Source: a virus
Lineage: Duplodnaviria > Caudoviricetes
DNA: 64,000 nt
Virus record (IMG/VR): IMGVR_UViG_3300013383_000024
Location: 35,392 to 99,391 of that record
Direction: 5' to 3' (one strand)
Position numbers and translations under genes: made by a program. Positions 49,811-57,924 of this stretch are shown here, piece by piece (the first letter of the stretch is position 1; each line of letters starts with the position of its first letter). Under the pieces are notes generated by a model, which was not told where the DNA came from, searched no databases, and worked only from the letters and a program-made list of their open reading frames with translations.

Positions 49811-50161
49811 CTACTGAGTGTCATCAACCTTGATCAAATCGCCACTCCAAAATAACCATCGTGGCTCCTCGACCATACTTATCATATTTTCTCGTTCAAC
49901 GTGAGCCGTAAAAACCGTGTCCTCATTCTGCTCAACAAACTTTCGATAACGTTCGGCCATTCTCGGATAGTTCTTTCGAGCTTTAATAAGCTCAGAATTC
50001 AATCTAACCTTATCACTTTCCCTTATCTCTTGTGGCGGTGATGGGGTCCCCGATCCTTCATTCACGATGAATGCATATTTTTCAGCATCAGCTTTACTGA
50101 CACCTGCTTTACGAGCGCTCTTCGTAAAAGCCCGCTTACCTGCTCTATTGATAAAAATCAA
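49811..50161 (-). CDS. Hypothetical protein
   Basis: ORF on the operon strand. Confidence 0.6.
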   Translation of the reverse strand: MIFINRAGKRAFTKSARKAGVSKADAEKYAFIVNEGSGTPSPPQEIRESDKVRLNSELIKARKNYPRMAERYRKFVEQNEDTVFTAHVERENMISMVEEPRWLFWSGDLIKVDDTQ

Positions 50162-50206
50162 CTCCTTTTATTTATCGAACCGACACGGATAATTTGTTCT
50201 TATTCT

Positions 50207-50527
50207 TCATCCGTATATACTCTGCTTGATTCTTTCATCAAATCTCTCATCGTCTTCGTCGCTAAGCGTCATCATTACAATTTGCCCGCCAAGCACGCTT
50301 TGAAGAACCAAACCAGCCTCGTCAACTAAGTATTTGCCTGCATTAGTACATGCCTCTTTGGATGCCACAAACGGCTCCGGGATTGTTGTTTTTAATTCAT
50401 CAGCTAGGAACTTCAAGTGGTCGACTCCCACGTCAGAGTAGGTTGCTATCGGAAGGCCGGTGGCGTGAGACTCCTGAACCAAAAGACTGGATTTTCCTGT
50501 ACCTCTTCTTTGATAAAATGTCGTCAT
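50207..50527 (-). CDS. Small P-loop protein
   Basis: RGTGKS Walker A and LVDE Walker B. Confidence 0.65.
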   Translation of the reverse strand: MTTFYQRRGTGKSSLLVQESHATGLPIATYSDVGVDHLKFLADELKTTIPEPFVASKEACTNAGKYLVDEAGLVLQSVLGGQIVMMTLSDEDDERFDERIKQSIYG

Positions 50528-50711
50528 GTTTTTCTCCTTATATTAATACTTAAATTTATTTTTCATTGTTTGCGCAAATTCCTCGTCCGAGAGTGTTCGG
50601 TCTGATACAATTATCGTCTGCTCTGTGTATCTATTGGGACAAGCTACATGTTCACATCCGTAAATGCTCGAGCTCGTATTATAACGAAGCCCACAGTTCA
50701 TATTCTTGCAA

Positions 50712-51182
50712 TCAGTCATCACTATACTTTGTTTTAAGACTTTCTAAATACTCTTTATATTCTTCTCTAATTTTTAAAACTACCGCCTTATCTACCCCTT
50801 CATATCGTTTCCATATATCCCGAGGAGCGTATCTTGTATTACCCGGGCAACACTTATGCCACAGGCTTTTGTCCCATCCTTCGCTCTTTTTGTATTCCAC
50901 AGGAACATAACCATAATCCGGCGTGACCTCTATAAAAGCATCGAAATCTTTGGATTTAATCCATCGAATCTTATTATCCGGACACAAAATAAGCCCGCGT
51001 TCATTAAGTTTATGAAAATTAATGATGCATCCGTATATTTCGGCAAAAATCACCGCCGCCCATACTGCCGGTCCGCAGAACAGCGCTCCATAATCTTTGC
51101 CGTGATCTAAAATCTCTATTCCTATAAAGGCAAAGACACTCATAATACAAACACCGCATATAAAACCCATCCAAAAATTCAT
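50712..51182 (-). CDS. Membrane-anchored hypothetical protein
   Basis: AAGGAGG RBS; two N-terminal hydrophobic segments. Confidence 0.6.
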   Translation of the reverse strand: MNFWMGFICGVCIMSVFAFIGIEILDHGKDYGALFCGPAVWAAVIFAEIYGCIINFHKLNERGLILCPDNKIRWIKSKDFDAFIEVTPDYGYVPVEYKKSEGWDKSLWHKCCPGNTRYAPRDIWKRYEGVDKAVVLKIREEYKEYLESLKTKYSDD

Positions 51183-51210
51183 TCGTTCCTCCTTAGTTTT
51201 GAGCATGGAA

Positions 51211-51234
51211 AAGCACCCTCTTACGAGGGTGCTT
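51211..51234. repeat. Hairpin family B, copy 1
   Basis: aagcaccctc-ttac-gagggtgctt. Confidence 0.85.
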
Positions 51235-51259
51235 AATTATGTGGCGGACTAATCCACCC

Positions 51260-51288
51260 TTGCTTTTACGCTGGATGTATGATACAAT
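51260..51288 (+). promoter_or_regulatory. Promoter of the small toxin-like peptide
   Basis: TTGCTT, 17-bp spacer ending TGa, TACAAT. Confidence 0.65.
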
Positions 51289-51380
51289 CCAACCGTGACT
51301 TTCCACGACCTTATCATGACCGAAAACCAGTAGGTTTGACAGCTTGACTGAACATTTTCGGTCAGGAAAGGTGGTGGTCT

Positions 51381-51473
51381 ATGGTAAACGCAATTATCTC
51401 CAATATTATCTCCGGACTTATCGTCTGGGTAATAGGCGAGTGCGCAAAAGCCGTATGGCGTAAAATACGCTGA
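51381..51473 (+). CDS. 30-aa type I toxin-like membrane peptide (not in ORF track)
   Basis: MVNAIISNIISGLIVWVIGECAKAVWRKIR; GAAAGGTGG RBS; own promoter and terminator. Confidence 0.7.
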   Translation: MVNAIISNIISGLIVWVIGECAKAVWRKIR

Positions 51474-51478
51474 GTCGC

Positions 51479-51502
51479 CGAGCCGCTAATGCGGCTCGTT
51501 TT
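51479..51502 (+). terminator. Terminator of the peptide gene
   Basis: cgagccgc-taat-gcggctcg-tttt. Confidence 0.7.
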
Positions 51503-51935
51503 ATATTTTACCGAGCTGCTTCATCCTGCTCCGGCAAGTTTGAAATTCCCTACCATTTACTCCAACGAAGCCCGGTTCAGAATACTTCCATCTACGCAGA
51601 TCATCATCGGCGGCCTCTTGTGTGGCCGCAAAATAACACCACGAACTTCTCTTGCCGTATTCCAGGCTTTTCATACTATAGCTTCCAATCAACCTTTTAG
51701 CAAATCTCCCATTTGAAAAGAATGATCCGAGGACATCCAAATGCTTCTTCATAAACTTTAAAATATCATCTTCGGTTACGGACTCGTCGAAGCTGATCCA
51801 AAACATAGACATATTTGTGTCGTTATGCCCTTGGCACGACATGTAAGTTTTCAATCCGGATTCATTAAAGTACTCTACCATAGGAATAACACCCGGATCT
51901 AATCCAAGTGCTTCATAGTCTATTTGTTTTATCAT
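51501..51935 (-). CDS. Hypothetical phage protein (LD...N..GL.T..SCQGH family)
   Basis: N-terminal motif of Tyw3-like fold phage proteins. Confidence 0.65.
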   Translation of the reverse strand: MIKQIDYEALGLDPGVIPMVEYFNESGLKTYMSCQGHNDTNMSMFWISFDESVTEDDILKFMKKHLDVLGSFFSNGRFAKRLIGSYSMKSLEYGKRSSWCYFAATQEAADDDLRRWKYSEPGFVGVNGREFQTCRSRMKQLGKI

Positions 51936-51951
51936 ATTATCTTCCTTTTCA

Positions 51952-51980
51952 TTGACATATTGTATGATATTAGTTATAGT
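51952..51980 (+). promoter_or_regulatory. Near-consensus SigA promoter
   Basis: TTGACA-17-TATAGT. Confidence 0.75.
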
Positions 51981-52012
51981 ATATTTACAATTAGTAATTG
52001 GAGGTATAATAT

Positions 52013-52150
52013 ATGGAACAATCTAAGGTTGCATGTTCTTCATGTGGAGAGCAATTCCCTTCAGATCAGGGTAGTTTTGATGATAATTGTAATCCCATTT
52101 GCCCCGACTGTTTAAAAAAACTTGCAGAACAAGAAGACGACAAAGCTTAA
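52013..52150 (+). CDS. 45-aa acidic Zn-ribbon microprotein (not in ORF track)
   Basis: GGAGG RBS; MEQSKVACSSCGEQFPSDQGSFDDNCNPICPDCLKKLAEQEDDKA. Confidence 0.75.
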   Translation: MEQSKVACSSCGEQFPSDQGSFDDNCNPICPDCLKKLAEQEDDKA

Positions 52151-52152
52151 GA

Positions 52153-52176
52153 AAGCACCCTCGTAAGAGGGTGCTT
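52153..52176. repeat. Hairpin family B, copy 2 (loop inverted)
   Basis: aagcaccctc-gtaa-gagggtgctt. Confidence 0.85.
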
Positions 52177-52186
52177 AAATTTGGTA

Positions 52187-52450
52187 CCACACATCAATTG
52201 TTCAACAGCGAAACCCGCCGCAACTAGTCAATACGGCACGGATAAAAGGAATCTTATCTTTGCGAACAATGGGATAAGTGTGGCTTATGGAATTGCGCCG
52301 GAGTCCAGGGAAAACAAAGTGGGGAAAATCCAGTGGTGTTGTGACCACTGGATTTTCTATATCAAACAACTGGCAGGGCGGCGTATCCTGCATCTCAGAT
52401 TCCTCTTACGAGGAGTGCCGGGAGTCTTTCCGACCTCAGTTGTTATTGAT
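52187..52450. ncRNA. Candidate structured non-coding RNA block
   Basis: Three consecutive stem systems in a ~265-nt gap with no credible ORF. Confidence 0.4.
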
Positions 52451-53696
52451 ACCTTGTCGGTAATTCTGCACAGCCGTATTCTTCTTCGGGCGGCGCAGGA
52501 TTTTTAAACCACGGTTTATTGGCATCAGGGATATACCATCCGTCTTCGATAGCCAATCGCCGAAACATATCAAAGTAGTCTTCTCCTCGGGCAAAATCCT
52601 GTCCGGTTATATTCTTGAATTCCTGCAGCAGTTCTTCATAGTGACCCGGTTTCTCTGCTCTTATATGTTCTTCCCCGTTAACAAGATCGAATACGAGGTT
52701 TGACCATTCGTTGAGCTTGGTGGGATTTTCGTGAGCCTTTTTACGGCGGGCAAGTTCTTTATTATATACTTCTTTACCATTGACGCCATTGATATTCCAG
52801 AAACCATAATCACCACAGTAGCAGAGACGTCCGAAAATCAAACTAGCATATCCCATAGAGTATGCTATGTACCCAGCATAATAAAATCTCAATTCTATCT
52901 TAGATTTTTTATCTTTACACTCGCTGTCCTCTTCTAATAAGTTTCTTATAGAGAGACCTTTGGGATGAACATGCACGACATCGTCCAAAGTAATCTTAGT
53001 TAAGCCGAGTTCTATATGTTTAAAGCGCTCCTCATAACTCATCAATTCTTCTCTGTCGCTTTCCCAACCTATTAAGGCTGCATCAATCAACGCGAGCAGC
53101 TTTGGCTCCAACTCCGGGTCGATTTTCAAATAATTTCGAGGATGTTCATCTAAATAAGGTTTATATCCGATACTCTTTTCGTTTTCGAGTTCAAGCCATG
53201 TGGGCTCGTCAGGATGTTTTAAACAGCATTCTAAGGCTCTATCTGATAAATCCGGTCGCCATCCTTCATATTCAGCAATTTTGATGATAGCCCATTTAAA
53301 ATATTCAAAACCAGTTATCCATTTAAGCTGTTTAGCCTCACGAACATTAATCGGGCGTTTGCTTCCCTCGCACAATGTATTATCATGACGTACACTTGCG
53401 GCATAAGCAGTGAACTCTATATTCTTCTCCGGGTCATCATAGTATCCTGGAATGCTCTTTGCCTTGTCTGCGTCATAAGGCCAATACTTATCTATGCAAC
53501 CGGCAACAAACAGCCCTGCCAAATACCGCTGTCTTGCATGGTCATATTCAAAACGATGCTGTAGAGAATAATCACTTACCACAGGCGTACTCGAAGTCGA
53601 AGCAAATGCAGCATCGTGCCAAGTGTTCTGAATACCTTTGCCTGCAATATAGGAGCCTCCTGCTAATAACCATAAAAAGCTCGAAAATATCCCCAT
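52443..53696 (-). CDS. Hypothetical protein with N-terminal hydrophobic anchor
   Basis: 417 aa; coupled to the MrpR-like gene. Confidence 0.65.
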   Translation of the reverse strand: MGIFSSFLWLLAGGSYIAGKGIQNTWHDAAFASTSSTPVVSDYSLQHRFEYDHARQRYLAGLFVAGCIDKYWPYDADKAKSIPGYYDDPEKNIEFTAYAASVRHDNTLCEGSKRPINVREAKQLKWITGFEYFKWAIIKIAEYEGWRPDLSDRALECCLKHPDEPTWLELENEKSIGYKPYLDEHPRNYLKIDPELEPKLLALIDAALIGWESDREELMSYEERFKHIELGLTKITLDDVVHVHPKGLSIRNLLEEDSECKDKKSKIELRFYYAGYIAYSMGYASLIFGRLCYCGDYGFWNINGVNGKEVYNKELARRKKAHENPTKLNEWSNLVFDLVNGEEHIRAEKPGHYEELLQEFKNITGQDFARGEDYFDMFRRLAIEDGWYIPDANKPWFKNPAPPEEEYGCAELPTRYQ

Positions 53697-53699
53697 CTC

Positions 53700-54650
53700 T
53701 CACACCTTATCCTTATACATTAAATACTTCCATATATAATACTCGTCTTTGAGTTCCGCATTTATCGCGGCTCTACGAATTGTCAGTCTTCCACCAGTCA
53801 ACTTTTCTGTCTTCTTTATCAGGTATGAGAAATCTACATCCATACCGGCTGCCTCAGCTTCATACTGTCTGTAAAAAATTCCGGAGTGCAACACTGAACG
53901 ATAAGAAAGTCTCTTAACCTCCGGATTTTTCTCGTATGCTATTCTTGACTTCTTCTTGATTTCACTCGCTATCCATATACTGTCGGCATCGGCCTTGATC
54001 CCCCGCAGTAATTTATCACTGTTTATTCTATTGCTTGAACGGGTATAATTAGGGTGCTCGTAGATGAACGCCGTACTCTTTAGTACTAGGTCAAATGCCT
54101 CGATTGCTTGGGGATATATTGGGTAGGCATCTCCGTTGTAAAAAAAGATGCGTTTGTCTAAATCAACATCGTCTGCTGTCGCAGAGTTGGCAAAATGTTT
54201 GTTTCTTACTCCGGCGAATGCCATCCACAGAAAACATCTGTATATTACATCTATTGTACGCTTATTTTCTGCATCGAATATTTTGTCAAGCGAGACCTGA
54301 AGATGTATCGGCCCCGATACGATCGTTTTTTTGTACTCGCTTAGTCCTTCCAATATATGATTAATTCCCTCAGACGCGTTAATATCTACATGTCCGGAGT
54401 GGCACCATTCAAGATACCTCAGCATAGATGCTCTATATCTCATTGGCAGCATTTTTAGATTTTCATCTACAAGTTTTTCAAACTTGGCAAGCTCATCGGA
54501 GTCAAATGCTGCGAGATCTTTCCCAAACTCTTTCTCGAGCTCTGATGACAATGCAAACAACCTTTTATATGCATTGTATGCTACCGAACCATGTCTAATA
54601 TATTCCTCGTTATCCCATATAAACCTGGCTTTTATATCTCGATTGTACAT
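53700..54650 (-). CDS. Degenerate tyrosine-recombinase-fold protein, SPbeta MrpR/YopR-like repressor
   Basis: MYN.DIK.RF...LF...E..FGKDL..F...YLEW core-binding N-terminus; FAGVR; the HxxR position reads YRSVLHSG. Confidence 0.65.
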   Translation of the reverse strand: MYNRDIKARFIWDNEEYIRHGSVAYNAYKRLFALSSELEKEFGKDLAAFDSDELAKFEKLVDENLKMLPMRYRASMLRYLEWCHSGHVDINASEGINHILEGLSEYKKTIVSGPIHLQVSLDKIFDAENKRTIDVIYRCFLWMAFAGVRNKHFANSATADDVDLDKRIFFYNGDAYPIYPQAIEAFDLVLKSTAFIYEHPNYTRSSNRINSDKLLRGIKADADSIWIASEIKKKSRIAYEKNPEVKRLSYRSVLHSGIFYRQYEAEAAGMDVDFSYLIKKTEKLTGGRLTIRRAAINAELKDEYYIWKYLMYKDKV

Positions 54651-54665
54651 GATAGCAGCACCTCC

Positions 54666-55106
54666 TTAGCTCTTGTAGCGCGTGCGCGTGTTCATAGCCG
54701 CCACTCTGTTTCTAACCGATATCAGAGTGTCGATATCTAAGAACGCTACAACTCCGGTCGCTACCAAGCTTCCTTCAGCGATTTTCTCCATATATGCATC
54801 AGATAAGGTGCATATGTAGTTGCCGATACGAGCCTTGTTCATTCGCTCGGGGTTCTCGCAAAGAACTATGCTATCTCTAGCAAGACCCGAATCTTCAGCC
54901 ATTACTTTAACATGTGTAGGCTGCGACTCCTTCTTAATTGCTGATGTGAGAGGTACTGCTATAACGTTAGGACTGAACTTATTGCCGATATCGTTCTGTA
55001 TAATCACACCGGGTCTCCACCCGTTCTGTTCGCTGCCCGAGCCTTCAAACTTCATAGTGTATACCTGCCCGATTTTCGGCGTTTCGTTGATTTTTTGTTG
55101 GTACAT
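54666..55106 (-). CDS. MazF/PemK-family endoribonuclease
   Basis: GSEQNGWRPGVIIQND.GN..SP.VIAVPLTS...S.VLCE; GAAAGGA RBS before ATG at 55106. Confidence 0.9.
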   Translation of the reverse strand: MYQQKINETPKIGQVYTMKFEGSGSEQNGWRPGVIIQNDIGNKFSPNVIAVPLTSAIKKESQPTHVKVMAEDSGLARDSIVLCENPERMNKARIGNYICTLSDAYMEKIAEGSLVATGVVAFLDIDTLISVRNRVAAMNTRTRYKS

Positions 55107-55144
55107 GTGGTATTCCTTTCTCAAATAATCTCTTATCTGAGCAT

Positions 55145-55173
55145 AGAATACCATAGTTTTTCCGCTTTGTCAA
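55145..55173 (-). promoter_or_regulatory. Promoter of the mazF-mrpR-like operon
   Basis: TTGACA, 17-bp spacer ending TGg, TATTCT. Confidence 0.65.
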
Positions 55174-55496
55174 GACCTTTTTTTCGAAGTGGGGAAAAAT
55201 ATGTAGAAACTCTTCGGATGCATTGAGTCCCTAGCTCGGCAGACTAGTTCGATTTCAATATTTCCGAAAAAATCTTCGCTATACTTTACTTTTTCAACAC
55301 ATTTGAATTTAACGCTGCTACTACCGACTGATAGTCTCACAGCGTGAGCCTCTGCACAAACGGCTATTTTCTCAAGCTCCATTTTTAATTCGCAAAATTG
55401 TCTGGCTGTTTCATCTCTCCAATTTGCGATATACCTTATCTCATTCCTTCCTTTGCAAAACTCTTCAAATTCACTAAGTGTCATTTCTTTTTTCAT
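55170..55496 (-). CDS. Hypothetical protein
   Basis: 108 aa; GGGAG RBS. Confidence 0.6.
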   Translation of the reverse strand: MKKEMTLSEFEEFCKGRNEIRYIANWRDETARQFCELKMELEKIAVCAEAHAVRLSVGSSSVKFKCVEKVKYSEDFFGNIEIELVCRARDSMHPKSFYIFFPTSKKRS

Positions 55497-55563
55497 ACTC
55501 TCGCTCCCTATGAGTCGATATCTCTAACTCGGAGATTATCTCGTCAGTTATTATCTAATTAAG

Positions 55564-55593
55564 ATATTATCACACTTAATAATCTCTTGTCAA
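55564..55593 (-). promoter_or_regulatory. Promoter with AGAT(A/T)AT-rich operator-like region
   Basis: TTGACA-18-TAATAT with extended TG; palindrome GAGATTATCTC downstream. Confidence 0.6.
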
Positions 55594-55613
55594 GATATTT
55601 TTCGTTTGCATAA

Positions 55614-55844
55614 TTACTTTGTAGCATCATTGAGAGCGTCTATGGCACTATCGCAATAGTCGTATGCCCTTTCTAAGGCATCACATGCATCCTCCATTCG
55701 TACATATCTTTCACTTGCCTGGAGTGCTTCAGGAATATTATCCATGCTATCTTGTTCCTCGAAGCGGACATCATCGATTATGCCATAAGCCTTCTCGATG
55801 AAATCAATCGCCCGGTGGAGCTTCCCTCTCCTCTTGTCGTTCAT
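55614..55844 (-). CDS. Conserved helical phage protein (MN..RR family)
   Basis: EEQDSMDNIPEALQ.SER motif. Confidence 0.75.
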   Translation of the reverse strand: MNDKRRGKLHRAIDFIEKAYGIIDDVRFEEQDSMDNIPEALQASERYVRMEDACDALERAYDYCDSAIDALNDATK

Positions 55845-56086
55845 TTAACCTCCTTCGATTTTGTACTGCAGTTTTTGTGTTCATTGCTTTCCTCCCATAA
55901 TTCTTCAACGGCCATTTGTAATACGCGAGCTATCCTTATAGCCAGTAGAACATTCGGCAGCCTTTTACCGGACTCTATCTCCGCCACAGATGAATTGCCC
56001 GTTCCGGCTTGCGCCGCCAATTCTCTCTGTGTAAGGCCATGATATTCTCTATAGTATCCAACTCTGCATATCACTGTCGCTCTCAT
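55841..56086 (-). CDS. Cro/XRE HTH regulator
   Basis: LTQRELA...SSVAEIESGKRLP...IARVL...VEELW. Confidence 0.85.
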   Translation of the reverse strand: MRATVICRVGYYREYHGLTQRELAAQAGTGNSSVAEIESGKRLPNVLLAIRIARVLQMAVEELWEESNEHKNCSTKSKEVK

Positions 56087-56191
56087 TATACCACCTTTTC
56101 CCTGAATCCTTTAAAATTGCTCTGAAATCAGACCAAAGGTAGTATGTGTACCTATTACGGGATCATACATCCACATTTTAACACACAAAAA

Positions 56192-56213
56192 AGCACCCAC
56201 TTATGTGGGTGCT
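56192..56213 (-). terminator. Hairpin family B, copy 3 (compensatory variant)
   Basis: agcacccac-ttat-gtgggtgct with a U-tract on the minus strand. Confidence 0.7.
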
Positions 56214-56224
56214 CAACACATTTT

Positions 56225-56551
56225 CTACACATTTATAGTCAGGGTCAACTGGATTTCGCCTTCTCCCTCCCCGGCAACCTGTCGGAACTCAAACTTATCT
56301 GCCATCTCAATAACGTCATAAAGATCTCTGTCTTCCTGGTACTTGATAACGATTTCGGGGCACTGAACAATTATTTTGCAAACTCCGGGTTCAACGCTGT
56401 AGTCAATATCGGTTACATTTATATTCTCATTAGAGCCTTCAAAGCCCACAAGGATATCACTCATATCTTCAATTCTGTCAAGATCAGATTGCTTCGGAAT
56501 GATACCTTGATACTCAAGCTCCCTCACAAAACTCCCAAATATGTAGTTCAT
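56225..56551 (-). CDS. Hypothetical protein, paralogue of 56551..56940
   Basis: Shared ...MADKFEF...IQLTLT / LANNMEV...IRLTFT C-terminal pattern. Confidence 0.6.
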   Translation of the reverse strand: MNYIFGSFVRELEYQGIIPKQSDLDRIEDMSDILVGFEGSNENINVTDIDYSVEPGVCKIIVQCPEIVIKYQEDRDLYDVIEMADKFEFRQVAGEGEGEIQLTLTINV

Positions 56552-56940
56552 TATCCTATCTCCTTTGTAATACCGTAAAACGTAAACGTCAGTCTTATGC
56601 CGCCAGTCGATAAAGGATAGACCTCCATATTATTTGCAAGACTGCCTACTCTGGCTAACCATCGCGTGTCATCCATCGATATTGTTTTGCCCTCAAGCGA
56701 GATATAGGCCGAACATTCTACCGGCTTATGTATCTCGCATTCCATATGGATATTTTCGCCGCCAACAAACCTGTTCAGCACCGCTGCGCACAAGCGCACA
56801 TTATCCACTCGCATGGGGTTAAGTATTCTGACGCTGCCGTCGTCAGGTTCTATAGCTCCCCGAATGTCTTCTATGAGGTCGTCTAAAGCTTGCTCAAACT
56901 CCTCTTCGCTTTCGTAATCAAAATCGTATTCTTCTTTCAT
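56551..56940 (-). CDS. Acidic hypothetical protein
   Basis: GGAGG RBS; own promoter. Confidence 0.65.
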   Translation of the reverse strand: MKEEYDFDYESEEEFEQALDDLIEDIRGAIEPDDGSVRILNPMRVDNVRLCAAVLNRFVGGENIHMECEIHKPVECSAYISLEGKTISMDDTRWLARVGSLANNMEVYPLSTGGIRLTFTFYGITKEIG

Positions 56941-56967
56941 TCGTTACCTCCCTCGGATAATAATTTT

Positions 56968-56996
56968 AGTATAGCGCTTATCTGCGCTATTCGCAA
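56968..56996 (-). promoter_or_regulatory. Promoter with palindromic spacer
   Basis: TTGCGA-17-TATACT; spacer ATAGCGC-AGATAA-GCGCTAT. Confidence 0.55.
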
Positions 56997-57002
56997 GAAA
57001 AA

Positions 57003-57635
57003 TCAGTTAATAATAATGCATTTGATATCTATTTGCACCGGCCTGCCTTTGCCGATGGTCAGAGCAAGCGAGTTTCTTATAGCATCAGCGTCAAAGTTTC
57101 CGCTGAAGCTCATAGATATCTCCTTCATATTAAAGTCGCTGGCCTGACTAATACATTTAGGCATAAGTTCGTGTGCAGGCAATTCAGCGACGCTCTCATC
57201 CTCGTAAGAATTAAGCGCATTTTCCGCTTCTGTCTCCGATTCGCCCGTAAACTCCCGAAAAGAATTCTTCTGTTCTTTGGTCATGCGTTTGCCGGGATCA
57301 AATGTTATGCCCAGCGTCGACTTGCAGTACTTAGTTATCGTCGAAGGAACACACCCAAAAAACCTGGCTAAGTCTGTAGCTGTCGTGTTGTACTTGTCCC
57401 TCAGGGAAGTAATATACTCACGCTGGAGGTCATCGGGCATTGCTTTGAACTGATCCCATGACATAGGCGAACTAAGATTATAGCTCATAATAGTTCCGTT
57501 TCTCTCCTTCCACTGTTTTTGAGTCATACCGTCGCTTGTGAGCGAGCAGCGTTTACTCTTACTTCCGTTTTTCTTATTTCGATAGCCTCGCGCTATCCTC
57601 TTCTTAAGATACACATCATAATCGAAATCATTCAT
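57003..57635 (-). CDS. Hypothetical protein with HTH-like segment
   Basis: Basic N-terminus; TATDLARFFGCVPSTI. Confidence 0.6.
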   Translation of the reverse strand: MNDFDYDVYLKKRIARGYRNKKNGSKSKRCSLTSDGMTQKQWKERNGTIMSYNLSSPMSWDQFKAMPDDLQREYITSLRDKYNTTATDLARFFGCVPSTITKYCKSTLGITFDPGKRMTKEQKNSFREFTGESETEAENALNSYEDESVAELPAHELMPKCISQASDFNMKEISMSFSGNFDADAIRNSLALTIGKGRPVQIDIKCIIIN

Positions 57636-57924
57636 CTGTATCCTCAGCTGCGCCATTGCGCAGCTCAAACAAATAGCCTTGCAGCATATCGTACTCATCC
57701 TCGGTTATTGACTCAAGAAAGACCATATCCTTGTCAAAGCATTCGTATCCTATATGCCGCAGGAATAGATTAATAGTTCTTGCAAGCATCGATATTTCAT
57801 CGTTCCCATAATCAGGGTATGTATTTGCTGTTTCGCTTATCTCATACTCGCTGCCAAACTCATTACGAAAATATAGCTTTATAGCTATTCTGTTGTCTTT
57901 TTCGGCGCTATTCATTATTTCCAT
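57628..57924 (-). CDS. Hypothetical protein
   Basis: GGAGG RBS. Confidence 0.6.
   Translation of the reverse strand: MEIMNSAEKDNRIAIKLYFRNEFGSEYEISETANTYPDYGNDEISMLARTINLFLRHIGYECFDKDMVFLESITEDEYDMLQGYLFELRNGAAEDTDE

Noticed and set aside
52187-52450. Known riboswitch/ribozyme (SAM-I, TPP, ykkC, c-di-GMP, hammerhead) or the short ORFs listed here
   Set aside because: Only fragmentary motif matches by eye; the ORFs lack an RBS and recognisable features.
53700-54650. Functional tyrosine integrase or shufflon invertase
   Set aside because: The HxxR catalytic motif is absent, a serine integrase is present, and no invertible cassettes were seen in the fibre genes.
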